Positions 1-10,359 of a stretch of DNA of 64,000 bases are shown here, piece by piece. Source of the stretch: Gemmatales bacterium (GTDB taxonomy: Bacteria; Planctomycetota; Planctomycetia; Gemmatales; HRBIN36); contig JBEPZY010000001.1 of NCBI GenBank assembly GCA_041640595.1, forward strand, positions 416,001-480,000, given 5' to 3'. The translations under genes were made by a program, and so were the position numbers. The notes below the pieces were generated by a model. The model saw only the letters and a program-made list of their open reading frames with translations. It had not been told where the DNA came from and made no database searches. Positions within the stretch are counted from its first letter, which is position 1. Each line of letters opens with the position of its first letter.

Positions 1-280
1 GCTACGGTGATTTGTTTAGTCCTGGCGAAATTTTTATCGGGCACTTGACGGCCCAATTGCGGGTGGTTTGAATAACGTTGTCGCCCGTTCCACCGAGAGG
101 CCAGCTGAACACCAACGGACTCAATCCCGGTTCGCCAGACTGAGCGATTCGGCTTGGGCGAAGAGCAGCCGCGCACGGATTTCGTCGGCACAACTCCGTT
201 CACCCTCAGTTTACTGGGTTGGCCTCTTTGTGGACGGTGCCCGCTAGGATCACTCGCCAAACAGCAACTGGAGGTGTCCC

Positions 281-1789
281 GTGACCACGGCGAATCCGAA
301 CTGGGTCGGGCACGAACTGGGTGGACGTTATAAGGTGCGTAAACTGCTGGCTAAAGGCGGTATGAGTCTGGTGTACCTTGCGTTTGACCCGAAGGTCGGA
401 AGAGAGGTGGCGATCAAGACTCCCAGACCCAACTTATTGTACAGCGACGAGTTTCGCAAACGCTTCGACCGTGAGATTCGTGCCTTGCAAGCTCTAACCC
501 ATCCGAACCTGGTGGACATCTTTGATCTGGGCGAGCATGAGGGGATGCCTTATGCAGTGCTTCGGTATCTACGTGGTGGAACGCTGCGACAGCGAATCAA
601 TTCGAACCAAGCCAATTCCAATTTGCCACTGCTGACCAGTCCGGATTCCGTTCTCGTCTGGCTGCCGGCGATTGCTGATGCTCTTGATTACCTGCACAAC
701 CATAACTACCTGCATCGAGACGTCAAACCTGAAAACATCCTTTTTGACCAGGATGATCACCCGTATCTGAGCGACTTCGGGACAATAAAAGTGCTGTATG
801 ATATGCAGCTTAGCTCTGAGCCAGATAGTTGTCTGACTGAACTCGGACAGGCGATCGGCACGCTGCCGTATATGCCGTATGAGGTGCTAACCAGGGGCCA
901 GTTGTCGAGGCAGGTTGACCAGTATGCACTGGCGGTAACTGTATATGAGGTGTTGTCGCGCAAATTGCCGTATCAAGGAAGAAATCCCGCCGAACTGGTT
1001 TTGCAGCAGCAGAACGGCCCGCCGGAACGACTGGATCGCTGCGCGGGGGTTGACCCATTAGTGGCGGATGTGGTCGAAAAAGCACTATCGCTTGACCCAG
1101 GACAACGCTTTGGGTCATGCCGGGACTTTGCGGCAGCTTATGCGAACGCCTTGAAATGTCGGGTATCGTTTGCGGATTTTTCGTCTCAGTCTCCTGGAAC
1201 CCGCAATAATGCGGAAGATCAACCACTTACCGTTATGGAACCGCCTCGGCCTGTTATTGCCCTACCATCTTCGCAGGAAAGACACACTCCGGTTTCGCCT
1301 GCAACACCTCAGTACATCAGGCTGACCGATACCTCTCCGGACAATCAGGAGCCGCCAAGTTCGGTACCACCTGCCGCTAATTTGCGTTCTACTAATTCCC
1401 CTCCTCCGCCTCCGGCAAGTAAATCAGCTGACGTTTACCCAACCGGTACTTGCTTGCCCGAAGCCACAGACAAATCGCGCTCGAGCAGTCCAGGTGCGCC
1501 GTTTTCATTGCCTGGTAATGTTGCGGGTATATCTAGCGGCCACGGTTCGCATCGTTCCTTGATTTGCCCGATATGTCACATGCGGTTTGAACCTCTTTCG
1601 GATAGCAGCTTCGTGCTGTGTCCATATTGCCGAGTGCCTGTGCTGGTGGGTTCCCAGCCTGCACGACCAATTCTTCTCCGCCGGGCACGAAGGCAGGACG
1701 CTCTTCTAATCACTTCTTTGCTGATTTTGAGCCTGTGTGGAATTGTTGGGTTGCTGATCCTGATGTTCTTGGTACTTAGGGTGTATTAG
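281..1789 (+). CDS. Hanks-type Ser/Thr protein kinase with Pro-rich linker, zinc ribbon and C-terminal TM helix
   Basis: VAIK, HRDVKPEN, DFG and GTLPYM motifs; CPIC..CPYC near the C-terminus; hydrophobic tail; GGAGG RBS before GTG. Confidence 0.93.
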   Translation: MTTANPNWVGHELGGRYKVRKLLAKGGMSLVYLAFDPKVGREVAIKTPRPNLLYSDEFRKRFDREIRALQALTHPNLVDIFDLGEHEGMPYAVLRYLRGGTLRQRINSNQANSNLPLLTSPDSVLVWLPAIADALDYLHNHNYLHRDVKPENILFDQDDHPYLSDFGTIKVLYDMQLSSEPDSCLTELGQAIGTLPYMPYEVLTRGQLSRQVDQYALAVTVYEVLSRKLPYQGRNPAELVLQQQNGPPERLDRCAGVDPLVADVVEKALSLDPGQRFGSCRDFAAAYANALKCRVSFADFSSQSPGTRNNAEDQPLTVMEPPRPVIALPSSQERHTPVSPATPQYIRLTDTSPDNQEPPSSVPPAANLRSTNSPPPPPASKSADVYPTGTCLPEATDKSRSSSPGAPFSLPGNVAGISSGHGSHRSLICPICHMRFEPLSDSSFVLCPYCRVPVLVGSQPARPILLRRARRQDALLITSLLILSLCGIVGLLILMFLVLRVY

Positions 1790-1859
1790 TCCGCGGTACG
1801 TTGGTGCGCTGCTTCAACTGGACTTGCGATTATTCTTGTATAATTTTTCCGATGCCCTC

Positions 1860-1887
1860 TTGCCACGGACATGAGCATTGCTAAAAT
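1860..1887 (+). promoter_or_regulatory. Candidate sigma70 promoter
   Basis: TTGCCA-N16-TAAAAT with TG just upstream of the -10 box. Confidence 0.4.
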
Positions 1888-1979
1888 CAACCGACGGAAA
1901 TCGCCGTATCGAATTAACCGAGAGGCACATGCAACTGCAAAGACCCACGAATAGAAACCGTGCGATTTGCTGGGCCTCA

Positions 1980-2126
1980 GGTTTCACCTGAGTTGCCGCT
2001 TGTTGAACGGCGTGCCCGTAGTTTAGTTGCTCAACGACCGCCCTGAAAGGTGTCCTAATCGGGCGTGGATTGCGCTTCTAGGCCGCCCCTTGAACGGGCG
2101 ACAGTAATCCGGCGGAACATGAATCC
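1980..2126. ncRNA. Candidate structured RNA (6S-like rod with central bubble)
   Basis: Nested pairings GGTTTCA/TGAATCC, GTTGCCGC/GCGGAAC, GCCCGT/ACGGGC, an unpaired centre and apical CGCCC/GGGCG. Confidence 0.35.
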
Positions 2127-2181
2127 AATTACTTTCTAGCTTGAAATCACAATCTCACCACAAGAAGAGGAGGACCTAGCA

Positions 2182-2781
2182 ATGATGCGATATGCTTTCG
2201 TGGCATTTCTGCTGACGGGATTGCTAACACTCGCCGAGGCTGGGCAATTCAACAAAAAGCTCAACATCGGCGACCCTTGTCCAACTTTCAAGGACTTGGA
2301 GGGCGTGGATGGAAAGAAGTATTCACTGGACGACTTCAAGGACAAAGATGTCCTGGTGATAGTGATCACCTGCAACCACTGCCCCATAGCGCAGGCTTAC
2401 GAAGATCGCATTATTCAGTTCACCAAGAAGTGGGCCAGCGGGCCGGATAGCAAAGTGGCTGTGGTGGCCATTAACGTCAATAATCTCGAGGCGGACAAGT
2501 TGCCGGCTATGAAAATCCGTGCCCGCGAAAAAGGCTTCAATTTCCCCTATTTGTACGATCCGTCGCAACAAATTGGCCGATCTCTCGGCGCAACGGTAAC
2601 ACCCGAATTCTTCGTCTTCAATAAAGCACGCAAGCTGGTGTACATGGGGGCTATGGACGATAGCAACAGTAACCCGAAAGTCAATTACCTGGAAGCCGCC
2701 GTCGAAGCTGCCTTGAAAGGTGGAACGCCGGCGGTTAAGGAGACTCGGGCTCGTGGCTGTACGGTGAAGTACGATAACTAG
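2182..2781 (+). CDS. Exported thioredoxin-like (AhpC/TSA family) protein
   Basis: Signal peptide, TCNHCP (CxxC), TPEFFVF, GAMDD and terminal GCTVK; GAGGAGG RBS. Confidence 0.9.
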   Translation: MMRYAFVAFLLTGLLTLAEAGQFNKKLNIGDPCPTFKDLEGVDGKKYSLDDFKDKDVLVIVITCNHCPIAQAYEDRIIQFTKKWASGPDSKVAVVAINVNNLEADKLPAMKIRAREKGFNFPYLYDPSQQIGRSLGATVTPEFFVFNKARKLVYMGAMDDSNSNPKVNYLEAAVEAALKGGTPAVKETRARGCTVKYDN

Positions 2782-2847
2782 CCGCCCGGGTTACTGCGAA
2801 ATAAGTCACCTGCCCAACTCTATACAAGCATGACGCTCTGTCGCCCC

Positions 2848-2879
2848 AGGGGCACATCACGAGTGCCCCTGTTTATTTT
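2848..2879 (+). terminator. Intrinsic terminator
   Basis: AGGGGCAC-7nt-GTGCCCCT stem followed by GTTTATTTT, between convergent genes. Confidence 0.65.
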
Positions 2880-3526
2880 GTACCCGCTTTTTGTGGACCG
2901 CTTACTGGTGGTGCCACAGGCTGCCAGATTTCGCCGTGGGTACGGCTCAGCCAGCTCCAGCAACGTTGCAAACTTTCTACAGGCAGACCGATCACATTGC
3001 TTACACTGCCTTCGAGCACGGTTAGGAATGGGTCGTTTTGTTCCTGGATTGCATAAGCACCTGATTTACCCTCCCATTGTCCGCTGTCGAGATAGTTCTC
3101 CAGCTCGGTGTCGGAAAGTTGTCGCATGAAAAGTCGGCTTTTCTCCTGCCACATGATTTGCCAGTTCTCGGGACAGAACCAGAGGCAGACGCCGGTCCAG
3201 AGTTCATGTTCCGTATTGCTGAGTCGGCGTAAAATCCGTCGGGCATCGTCGCGGTCGCGGGGTTTGCCGATAACTTCGCCGGCGTGCCAGCCGACAGAGT
3301 CCGCAGCCAGCACGACGCCGTAGCTGACGCGAGATGCTACCGCAGCTGCTTTCTGCCACGCCAGGTCGGCGACGAAGCGTCGGATATCCGTAACGTCGGT
3401 GCCGTCGGGTTCCTCAATGTTAGGCGGGATGACCTCGAATTGAAACCCTGCCCGCTCTAAAAGCTCCCGTCGAGCCGGGGAGCTGCTTGCCAGAATCAAG
3501 GGACGTGGCCACTGACCGCTTTGCAT
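2873..3526 (-). CDS. maf: Maf-family nucleotide pyrophosphatase
   Basis: LILASSSPARRELL, ADS, GKP, GKSGAYAIQ and SNVIGLP motifs. Confidence 0.93.
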   Translation of the reverse strand: MQSGQWPRPLILASSSPARRELLERAGFQFEVIPPNIEEPDGTDVTDIRRFVADLAWQKAAAVASRVSYGVVLAADSVGWHAGEVIGKPRDRDDARRILRRLSNTEHELWTGVCLWFCPENWQIMWQEKSRLFMRQLSDTELENYLDSGQWEGKSGAYAIQEQNDPFLTVLEGSVSNVIGLPVESLQRCWSWLSRTHGEIWQPVAPPVSGPQKAGTK

Positions 3527-3541
3527 GGGTTAGCCCCGTTA

Positions 3542-3790
3542 CTATGTTGGACAGTCGTGTGCGTTTGTGGGCATTATTGTTAGCCATACCGGCGTACGAC
3601 GCAAGGGTAGCAGCCAAACAAACCGTTTCATTACTGGAGAAAGCGTGGTCAATACTTTGTACAATCTGATGTGTCGAACAACTGCCCGCGGTAAGTGATG
3701 CTCGCCCAGGCAGCAGACAAAAGCGGCAATTCTCTGGCTTTTGCCGGATACTTCTTTCGCACTCATGGACGCTGAGCACTTCGGGAGCAA
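3542..3790 (-). CDS. Possible small hypothetical protein
   Basis: 82-aa ORF directly upstream of maf, no recognisable motif. Confidence 0.2.
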   Translation of the reverse strand: MLPKCSASMSAKEVSGKSQRIAAFVCCLGEHHLPRAVVRHIRLYKVLTTLSPVMKRFVWLLPLRRTPVWLTIMPTNAHDCPT

Positions 3791-3861
3791 ATCGCCACGA
3801 GCATTCGTCCCACTGGTACGGTCATCATTGCGGGGCTCGATCTCGATTACGGTTTCGGGCT

Positions 3862-6800
3862 ATGGAAGCTAACCAGGTCGACAGAAGGACAATTTGGCAA
3901 ACCCGCCTTCGGGCAATTGAACCAGCTGCGCTCCTCGTGGATGCTCTATTGTTGCGGCGAGTGGCGAGGACGGCCCAGGCGGTTTCCATGTTCTCCGGGC
4001 GCGTGCCCCACAGTACTGTGCTGGTTCTTTCCAGGGAGCGTTTGCTCGACCTGACCACCGAAGTTGAACTGGGGGTTCAAAACTCTGGCGAATTGCCGGA
4101 GCAGGTGGCTTTGCTGGCCTGGCCGGGAGATGAGTACGAAGAAAGCGTGGTCGCCCGCACAATCGCCGGACGGTTGCTACATGCGTGGACACATCTGCGT
4201 TGGCTATCGTTGCCCGGGCTGCCTCAATGTCTGCGTCAGCGATTGTGGCAGCTTGGTCAATCCGAATGGGAAGAAATCCTCGCCGTGGCCGCGCAGGATC
4301 GCTGGCTGGCGAGGCGTGTATCCGAGGAGGAGTTGGTCTATCGTGAATTCGTGGCATACTGGTGGGAGCTTCGTCTGGTCTATCCCGAGCGGTTACCGAT
4401 CTGGTTTCCGACATTGGCCCGTCAAATCGAACGAATTGATAACGTCGTGTCGCAGGATATAGATGGCCGGCCTTGGCGAGAACGTCTCTGCCTGGCCGGT
4501 CTGCTTCCGAACAGTCAGGACGAATCCCATTCCGGACATGCAGCAGTGGTTTCAGTCCAGCAAGAGTTGCAGGAGCCTCATTCTGCGTCGCGGCAGGAAA
4601 CCGTCCGCATGGATTTTGAGTTACCGGCGCAGACTGAGGATACTCTTCCAGCCTTAGCCGTTCCGGACGAACCGACCAACGGGGCCAGTCGGCACTGGAA
4701 CAAAATCGCACGGTTGGTGCAACGAGGCAATTTCGTGCGAGCCGCTCGTTTGTGCTGGCTTTACGCTCAGCAAGCGGAACCTGCAAACCGTACCTGGTGG
4801 CAGCAACAAGCACGATGCCTAATCGGCCAGCTTGCAGAGCAGCTTACTAACTCCCTGAGTTCAGACGGGAATGATGCAGAACATTTCGCCGCCATAAAAA
4901 ACGCCTGGCACGAAGCACTCTGGCCTTTGCTCGCTCCGGCGACTTCAGGATTGTTTACCCAGGAGGCAAGACTGCTTTACGATCTGCAGCGCGTTTGTGA
5001 AGATGCTCGGCGGGGACTTTATGTTGTGGATGTGGCTGGCTGGTTACGCACTTGGGGACAGCTCGCCTGGCGCAGGGAACAGCCGTTTTTGCAACAATTT
5101 CTAATCTTGCGACACTTGCGAGCTGCGCTTCGCCGTGTTCCGCTATGCTCGCTTTCGGAAGAGGCTCGCCAATCGCTAAGCTATCTGCTCGAATCCGCTG
5201 TTGAGCAACAAGAGAAACGTTTGCGCAATGCGGTTGCGATTCCGATTCGCCAGGTGCTTGAAGAAGTCGGACTGATCCCCCACAACCTGGCAGAGCAAAT
5301 CGAGCAGGAACGTGTCGTTCAAACTCTCGCTGACCGCATTGTGGAAACCGGACACCTGAACATCGGACAGCTACGCGATGCCATCTCCGCTAATCAACTA
5401 AAACTCCGGGACCTCCAGGGTCTCGGCGAGTGGTGGAATGGAGACCAACTGCTGGCCGCGGACAAGAAGTTATCACTAAGACTTGACGGAGTATATCGCC
5501 GGGGTGAAGTTTATTTGCGCTGGTTCCAGCGACTAAGTTCCATCTTTTTTGGCACTTGCCTTGGACGCTGGTTCAGCTTATTTGTTGCCTTACCTTTTGG
5601 CGGAGCTTACTTGGTTTTGGCAGGACTTGATCACATTCTTCTGCATCCCTTAGGGCACTGGTTGGGAGTGGAGATTAGCTTTTCGGGATTGTGGGGTATA
5701 ACGTTATTCGGTCTATTTCTGCTTGGCGTTATCAATTTTCCCCAATTTCGGGAGCACGTAAAACGGGTACTGCGAGGGATTGGTAGTGTCCTGCGCGTGT
5801 TATTCTGGGATATTCCGCGGTGGCTCATGAGCTGGCGGATTTTATGGTATCTGTGGCATTGGTCTGGCTTCGTTTTCTTCAGGAGATATTTGTTTTTGCC
5901 ACTCCTTCTGGGATTAGCCACTTACGGTTATTGTTCGACACTAAATACCAGTAGGTTCTGGTCAGTAACATCGGTAACGGTTGCGTCAGTTAGTGGGTTG
6001 GCGCTTACGGCAACACGCGAGGGCCGTATCCTTTTAGCGACACTTGCCGATTATTTCGCTTGGACCTTACGCTATCTGAGCATAGAATGGATAGTCCTGA
6101 GTTTCAACTGGATTGTGGAGTTATTCCGCAGCTTAGTTAACTCGCTTGAGCAGGTGCACTATCGTATGGATGAGTGGTTGCGCTACCGGGGAGGTCAAAA
6201 CAGGTTCCAGCTTGCAGTAAAAGCCGTGCTCTCCTTATTTTGGTCGGTTATTGCCTATATCCTGCGGTTCACGGTGTACCTGCTCATCGAGCCACAAATC
6301 AATCCCATTAAACACTTCCCGGTAGTTACAGTGTCGCACAAACTGTTACTGGCAACGATTCCGTTTTTCCGCGACGTAGTGCTCTTGATTACCGGTATGG
6401 AGCCTACACCTGCGAACCAGGCTAAAGCAGTGGCCCTGGTCACTTCGGTGATCTGGGCGATTCCTGGTATCTTCGGTTTTCTCGCTTGGGAGTTGAAAGA
6501 GAACTGGCGACTATATGTAGCCAACCGGGCCAAAAGATTATTACCCTTGCGTATAGGCAGTCACGGGGAAACTATCCCTCAGCTTTTGCGTCCCGGGGCC
6601 CATTTTGGTACACTTCGCAAACTATTTCGCCGCTGGCGACGCTGCTATTCTGATGCTGCTCAAGTCCCGCCATTACTAACAACACGGCGCATTGAAGATC
6701 AAATGCATCATATTGCCAGGGCCATTGAGTCCTTCTTTCACCGGAATTTCATCTTTTTGCTCAATCGCGTTCCTGCCTGGAGCGGTTCTCTTCCAGAGGT

Positions 6801-7599
6801 GGCTGAGGTGCGACTCGGTGTTAGCACCATTCAAGTAGTATTGCGTTGTGAGCACGTTTCCTCTAAGCAGAAAGAAGTTGAAACGGAGGACAATTCTGCT
6901 GTCGTTACTTTTAGTCTCCAGGGGGGCTGGATTGTTGCCCGCTGGGAGAAGTCTGGTTGGCTAGCCCAGTTAAGCTCTGAACAGACAGAAATCCTGTGTA
7001 AAGCTCTGGTCGGCTTATATCACTGGGGAGGCGTCGAGGTTGTTGCCGAACAACTCGATAATCTCGTAGCCTCTATAGAAAATCTTGCTCGAAATCGAGT
7101 GGCCATCCAAATAGTAGCCCAGGAAGCTAAAGTTGATGACTCTGCTATCACATCGTCAGCGCCGGCCTTTCAACCGAAATTAGCTGAGAGTGCAGACGAT
7201 CTAATCATCCTACCGACTGGCAAAAATACGCCCATTCAATCTAGAGTCGCGTATGTTGCAGAAGGAGAGAAAAATTTGTGCTTAGCCTGGTGGCTGGCCT
7301 GGCGGGGACTGCATCTGTATAACATGGCCAGTCCGGGGCAGGGGGTTTTTTACAGGTGGCAGGATCAAAATACGATTAAGCCAAAGAGAACCAATCGCTG
7401 GTTCGAGCCGGGACAGAGCGTCTGGCTCAGCCGGCTGCATTCAAGTGATCGGCCAGGGGAAAATAACGTCCCCTGGCCCGTGCTTAGCCCCCAGCATATC
7501 TGGTTCGCCGCATTTCCACTTTCATGGGATGAGTGGTCTGCCTGGTGGAGTAGGTACAATTGTCACGAGTCTCAGGAGCAACCCAATCCGTTCGGCTAA
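3862..7599 (+). CDS. Large hypothetical polytopic membrane protein
   Basis: 1245-aa ORF; helical N-terminal half, several central TM segments, IEPQINPIKHFPVVTVSHK block. Confidence 0.8.
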   Translation: MEANQVDRRTIWQTRLRAIEPAALLVDALLLRRVARTAQAVSMFSGRVPHSTVLVLSRERLLDLTTEVELGVQNSGELPEQVALLAWPGDEYEESVVARTIAGRLLHAWTHLRWLSLPGLPQCLRQRLWQLGQSEWEEILAVAAQDRWLARRVSEEELVYREFVAYWWELRLVYPERLPIWFPTLARQIERIDNVVSQDIDGRPWRERLCLAGLLPNSQDESHSGHAAVVSVQQELQEPHSASRQETVRMDFELPAQTEDTLPALAVPDEPTNGASRHWNKIARLVQRGNFVRAARLCWLYAQQAEPANRTWWQQQARCLIGQLAEQLTNSLSSDGNDAEHFAAIKNAWHEALWPLLAPATSGLFTQEARLLYDLQRVCEDARRGLYVVDVAGWLRTWGQLAWRREQPFLQQFLILRHLRAALRRVPLCSLSEEARQSLSYLLESAVEQQEKRLRNAVAIPIRQVLEEVGLIPHNLAEQIEQERVVQTLADRIVETGHLNIGQLRDAISANQLKLRDLQGLGEWWNGDQLLAADKKLSLRLDGVYRRGEVYLRWFQRLSSIFFGTCLGRWFSLFVALPFGGAYLVLAGLDHILLHPLGHWLGVEISFSGLWGITLFGLFLLGVINFPQFREHVKRVLRGIGSVLRVLFWDIPRWLMSWRILWYLWHWSGFVFFRRYLFLPLLLGLATYGYCSTLNTSRFWSVTSVTVASVSGLALTATREGRILLATLADYFAWTLRYLSIEWIVLSFNWIVELFRSLVNSLEQVHYRMDEWLRYRGGQNRFQLAVKAVLSLFWSVIAYILRFTVYLLIEPQINPIKHFPVVTVSHKLLLATIPFFRDVVLLITGMEPTPANQAKAVALVTSVIWAIPGIFGFLAWELKENWRLYVANRAKRLLPLRIGSHGETIPQLLRPGAHFGTLRKLFRRWRRCYSDAAQVPPLLTTRRIEDQMHHIARAIESFFHRNFIFLLNRVPAWSGSLPEVAEVRLGVSTIQVVLRCEHVSSKQKEVETEDNSAVVTFSLQGGWIVARWEKSGWLAQLSSEQTEILCKALVGLYHWGGVEVVAEQLDNLVASIENLARNRVAIQIVAQEAKVDDSAITSSAPAFQPKLAESADDLIILPTGKNTPIQSRVAYVAEGEKNLCLAWWLAWRGLHLYNMASPGQGVFYRWQDQNTIKPKRTNRWFEPGQSVWLSRLHSSDRPGENNVPWPVLSPQHIWFAAFPLSWDEWSAWWSRYNCHESQEQPNPFG

Positions 7600-7681
7600 T
7601 ACCTGTTTGACTTAGCCCACTGCATTGTGATGGCGATTAGTATGCTTTCAACTTGCCTCGAAATCTGTCGGATACCTATAA

Positions 7682-7945
7682 TCAAGCCGTGCGTTTGATG
7701 TAATGAATATAGACACGTTTCTGATTAGTATCAGTGGTTTCTTCTTGTTTCACGAGTTCGATGTTTTTTGCTGTCTGAGCCCACCCCTTGAAGTCGTTCA
7801 CAGAACCGGGATCAGTAGCGATGACCTTTAATGTCTGTCCAACTTGCAGTTGGTTTATCTCCTGACGAGCGCGAATGATGGGTATCGGGCATTGAGCACC
7901 CCGTACATCCAGTTCACGGTCAGCATGAATAGTGCTTTCTTGCAT
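7682..7945 (-). CDS. tusA: TusA-family sulfur carrier
   Basis: LDVRGAQCPIP and ATDPGS motifs; AGGAGG RBS. Confidence 0.92.
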   Translation of the reverse strand: MQESTIHADRELDVRGAQCPIPIIRARQEINQLQVGQTLKVIATDPGSVNDFKGWAQTAKNIELVKQEETTDTNQKRVYIHYIKRTA

Positions 7946-8005
7946 GGCATTCCTCCTTTTGTCTTCGTCTTGACTGATTTAGGTTCTGATAGTTAGTGAT
8001 TGCGA

Positions 8006-9190
8006 TCAAGTCTTGTAAGCTGTAGCCAGAGCGCAGACATTCTTACCAAGCTCAAGTTCTTCTATACGGTCTGCGTCGGCGGCCAGTAATCCCAGGTTGA
8101 CGCGCTTGATGTCAACATATTGAGGAGGAAACTGAGGCAGGCTGCTCAATATGTGGTTCCGGAATTCCGATTCCGTGTAGGTTCGCAAGTCAGCATTGGT
8201 TCGTTTCAGCTCACCCAAGGTCGCGGCAAAGAGACCGTCGGCACGAGCTTCCTGCGGCCTGCTATAGTGGCCAGGCAACACGATTGTATCATCAGGCAAG
8301 GTCAATAAGCGTGTATAGAGAGACTTGTAATGTAAAGGTGTCCAGGTTTCTGCCCGTCCCCCAAGGTCAGGCCGCGCTATACTTTGCAGGAAGATACTAT
8401 CGCCACTGAAAAGATAACGCCGATCCGAGCTTTCCAAGAAAAGGGCAGTGTTACCTAGGGTATGTCCCGGAATATGCAAAACCGTTAGTTTAGCACCATT
8501 CAGGTCAAACTGCATTCCATCCTTTAGCATCTCGTAAGCAAAGGTTGCTGGTAATACGTCCATAGGATGAATACCGTCATAGGGATGGAGATAATAGGGA
8601 GCGCTTGTGATCTGGGACAGCTTGACACCGCCGCTGACGTGATCCGCGTGGGCATGCGTATCAATGATGGCTGTTACCTTGAGGTTTTTCTGACCGATAA
8701 AGTCCAGGATTTTGTCGGTGTGTCTGGGTGGATCGATAACAACTGCTTGATCAAGACCAGGACCGTAGGCGATGATATGATGCAGACAACCTCGGGCCAC
8801 ACGGTCAAACTGGTAGATGTGGAGCCAGCTCGAGGACTCCGGAAGCTCCTGGACCTGATAATAACTTCCCCAGGCGAGCATTCCTCCTTCCAAATTAGCT
8901 GCTTGAAAACCGCGTGGACGCAGCACCTCGTTTACCACCCATGCAGAGGAACCACCCTTGGCGCAAACCGCGACGATTAGTCGATCCTTGGGTAAACCTT
9001 GAATCGCGTTGTCCGGGTCTTCAACAAAGCGGAAATAAGGCACATGCTTTACTTCCAGCGGATGTCGGCTCTCGATGCGCCATCGTTCGAATTCCTCTTG
9101 ATTGCGCACATCCAGCAGAACGAACGTATCGCCACGATCCAGCATGAGTTTTAATTCATGCGTCTTTACAGTTGCTTGTTGGGTGGGCAT
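8006..9190 (-). CDS. Rhodanese + MBL-fold hydrolase fusion (persulfide dioxygenase/YrkH-like)
   Basis: LDVR..CAKGGSS rhodanese, THAHADH, PGHT, SGD, RPDL, LPGH and terminal NVCA. Confidence 0.9.
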   Translation of the reverse strand: MPTQQATVKTHELKLMLDRGDTFVLLDVRNQEEFERWRIESRHPLEVKHVPYFRFVEDPDNAIQGLPKDRLIVAVCAKGGSSAWVVNEVLRPRGFQAANLEGGMLAWGSYYQVQELPESSSWLHIYQFDRVARGCLHHIIAYGPGLDQAVVIDPPRHTDKILDFIGQKNLKVTAIIDTHAHADHVSGGVKLSQITSAPYYLHPYDGIHPMDVLPATFAYEMLKDGMQFDLNGAKLTVLHIPGHTLGNTALFLESSDRRYLFSGDSIFLQSIARPDLGGRAETWTPLHYKSLYTRLLTLPDDTIVLPGHYSRPQEARADGLFAATLGELKRTNADLRTYTESEFRNHILSSLPQFPPQYVDIKRVNLGLLAADADRIEELELGKNVCALATAYKT

Positions 9191-9233
9191 GTCTTGACCT
9201 CCTTATGCTCTAATGCTTTAGCCTCCGGTGATA

Positions 9234-9836
9234 TCAGATAAATAGGGTTGCTTTACTCTTAGTGGCATCAGCCAGGAATGTTGCAACTCCGCCAGTTTCC
9301 AGACCTGGTTGGAGTTCTTCCGGCTTGATGCCCATAACATCCATGCTCATCTGACAAGCCACCATTCTGACGCCAAGATCGCGTGCAAAAGCGATGAGTT
9401 CGCTTAGTGAAGAAATATTCCGCTGGCGCATTTGTCGTTTGAGCAGGCGCAGGCCTAAACCAGCAAAGTTTAGGCGCGACAAGCTAAGCTCCTCAGCGCC
9501 AGCCGGTGTCAGCAAGGTAAATGCCTTTTCTAAAAGTCCTTTTCCGCGCAAGCGCCGATTCTGCCGTAACACTCCTAAGCCCCAGAAGGTGAAAAACATG
9601 CTGACTTGCAAGCCCATAGCGGCGGCGCCCGTGGCAATGACGAAGGCGGCCAAAACACGGTCATAGTCGCCGCTCATCACAACGATAGAAATTCGCGGCT
9701 CGGGCATATCGCGTTCGAGATTTTTCTGCCGTTGCTCCAATTCCAGCACCCGATTTTCTAAATCGTGAAGCCGCTGGTAAAGCTCCGTCGTTTCCTGAAG
9801 TGCCTCCTGCTCAGTCACGGTCACATGGTTACTCAT
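9234..9836 (-). CDS. DsrE/DsrF-like (DsrE2/YrkE-type) sulfur relay protein
   Basis: AFVIATGAAAMG, MFFTFWGL and ACQMSMDVMG; N-terminal coiled coil. Confidence 0.9.
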   Translation of the reverse strand: MSNHVTVTEQEALQETTELYQRLHDLENRVLELEQRQKNLERDMPEPRISIVVMSGDYDRVLAAFVIATGAAAMGLQVSMFFTFWGLGVLRQNRRLRGKGLLEKAFTLLTPAGAEELSLSRLNFAGLGLRLLKRQMRQRNISSLSELIAFARDLGVRMVACQMSMDVMGIKPEELQPGLETGGVATFLADATKSKATLFI

Positions 9837-9891
9837 GGCTATTTCCTCCTTTGAAAGTTAGAGGCCGCTTATGGCGATACCGATGGTAGGC

Positions 9892-10206
9892 TCATTCATC
9901 GGGATTCCACAACAAGCCGCCCAGCCACGCTCCGACTATCAACGTGGTGGTGGCTATATGTGGAATGACACACAGACCAGGAACTAGCGAGGCTTGCAGC
10001 CACAAAGTGGAAGAAGTCAGTACGCCAATGATCGCTCCGGCGAGACTGGCCAATGCCGACACCTGGATTACTTGTGAAAGGCTGCTTCGCCGATGCTGTT
10101 CTTCAAGTACCCGCTCCGCTTCTGCATAGGGCGTGTCTTTGCGCAGATAAAATCTGGTAGCTCGCTGACGGGGCATTGCTCGTTCAACTATTACTAGGGA
10201 GCTCAT
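9892..10206 (-). CDS. Small two-TM membrane protein, first gene of the sulfur cluster
   Basis: 104 aa, two hydrophobic helices, AGGAGG RBS. Confidence 0.65.
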   Translation of the reverse strand: MSSLVIVERAMPRQRATRFYLRKDTPYAEAERVLEEQHRRSSLSQVIQVSALASLAGAIIGVLTSSTLWLQASLVPGLCVIPHIATTTLIVGAWLGGLLWNPDE

Positions 10207-10359
10207 GGCCTATCCTCCTATTCGTTGAGAGTCTTTCCCTCGCAACTGAATAGACGCGCAAAACTGCAAGAGGTTACAAAGTTTTTTGTGCGACCTGTAA
10301 CACTAAGTTATTGCGAAAATCGAACGCATAAACCTACCTTCCCAGGTAACCAGCTCAAG

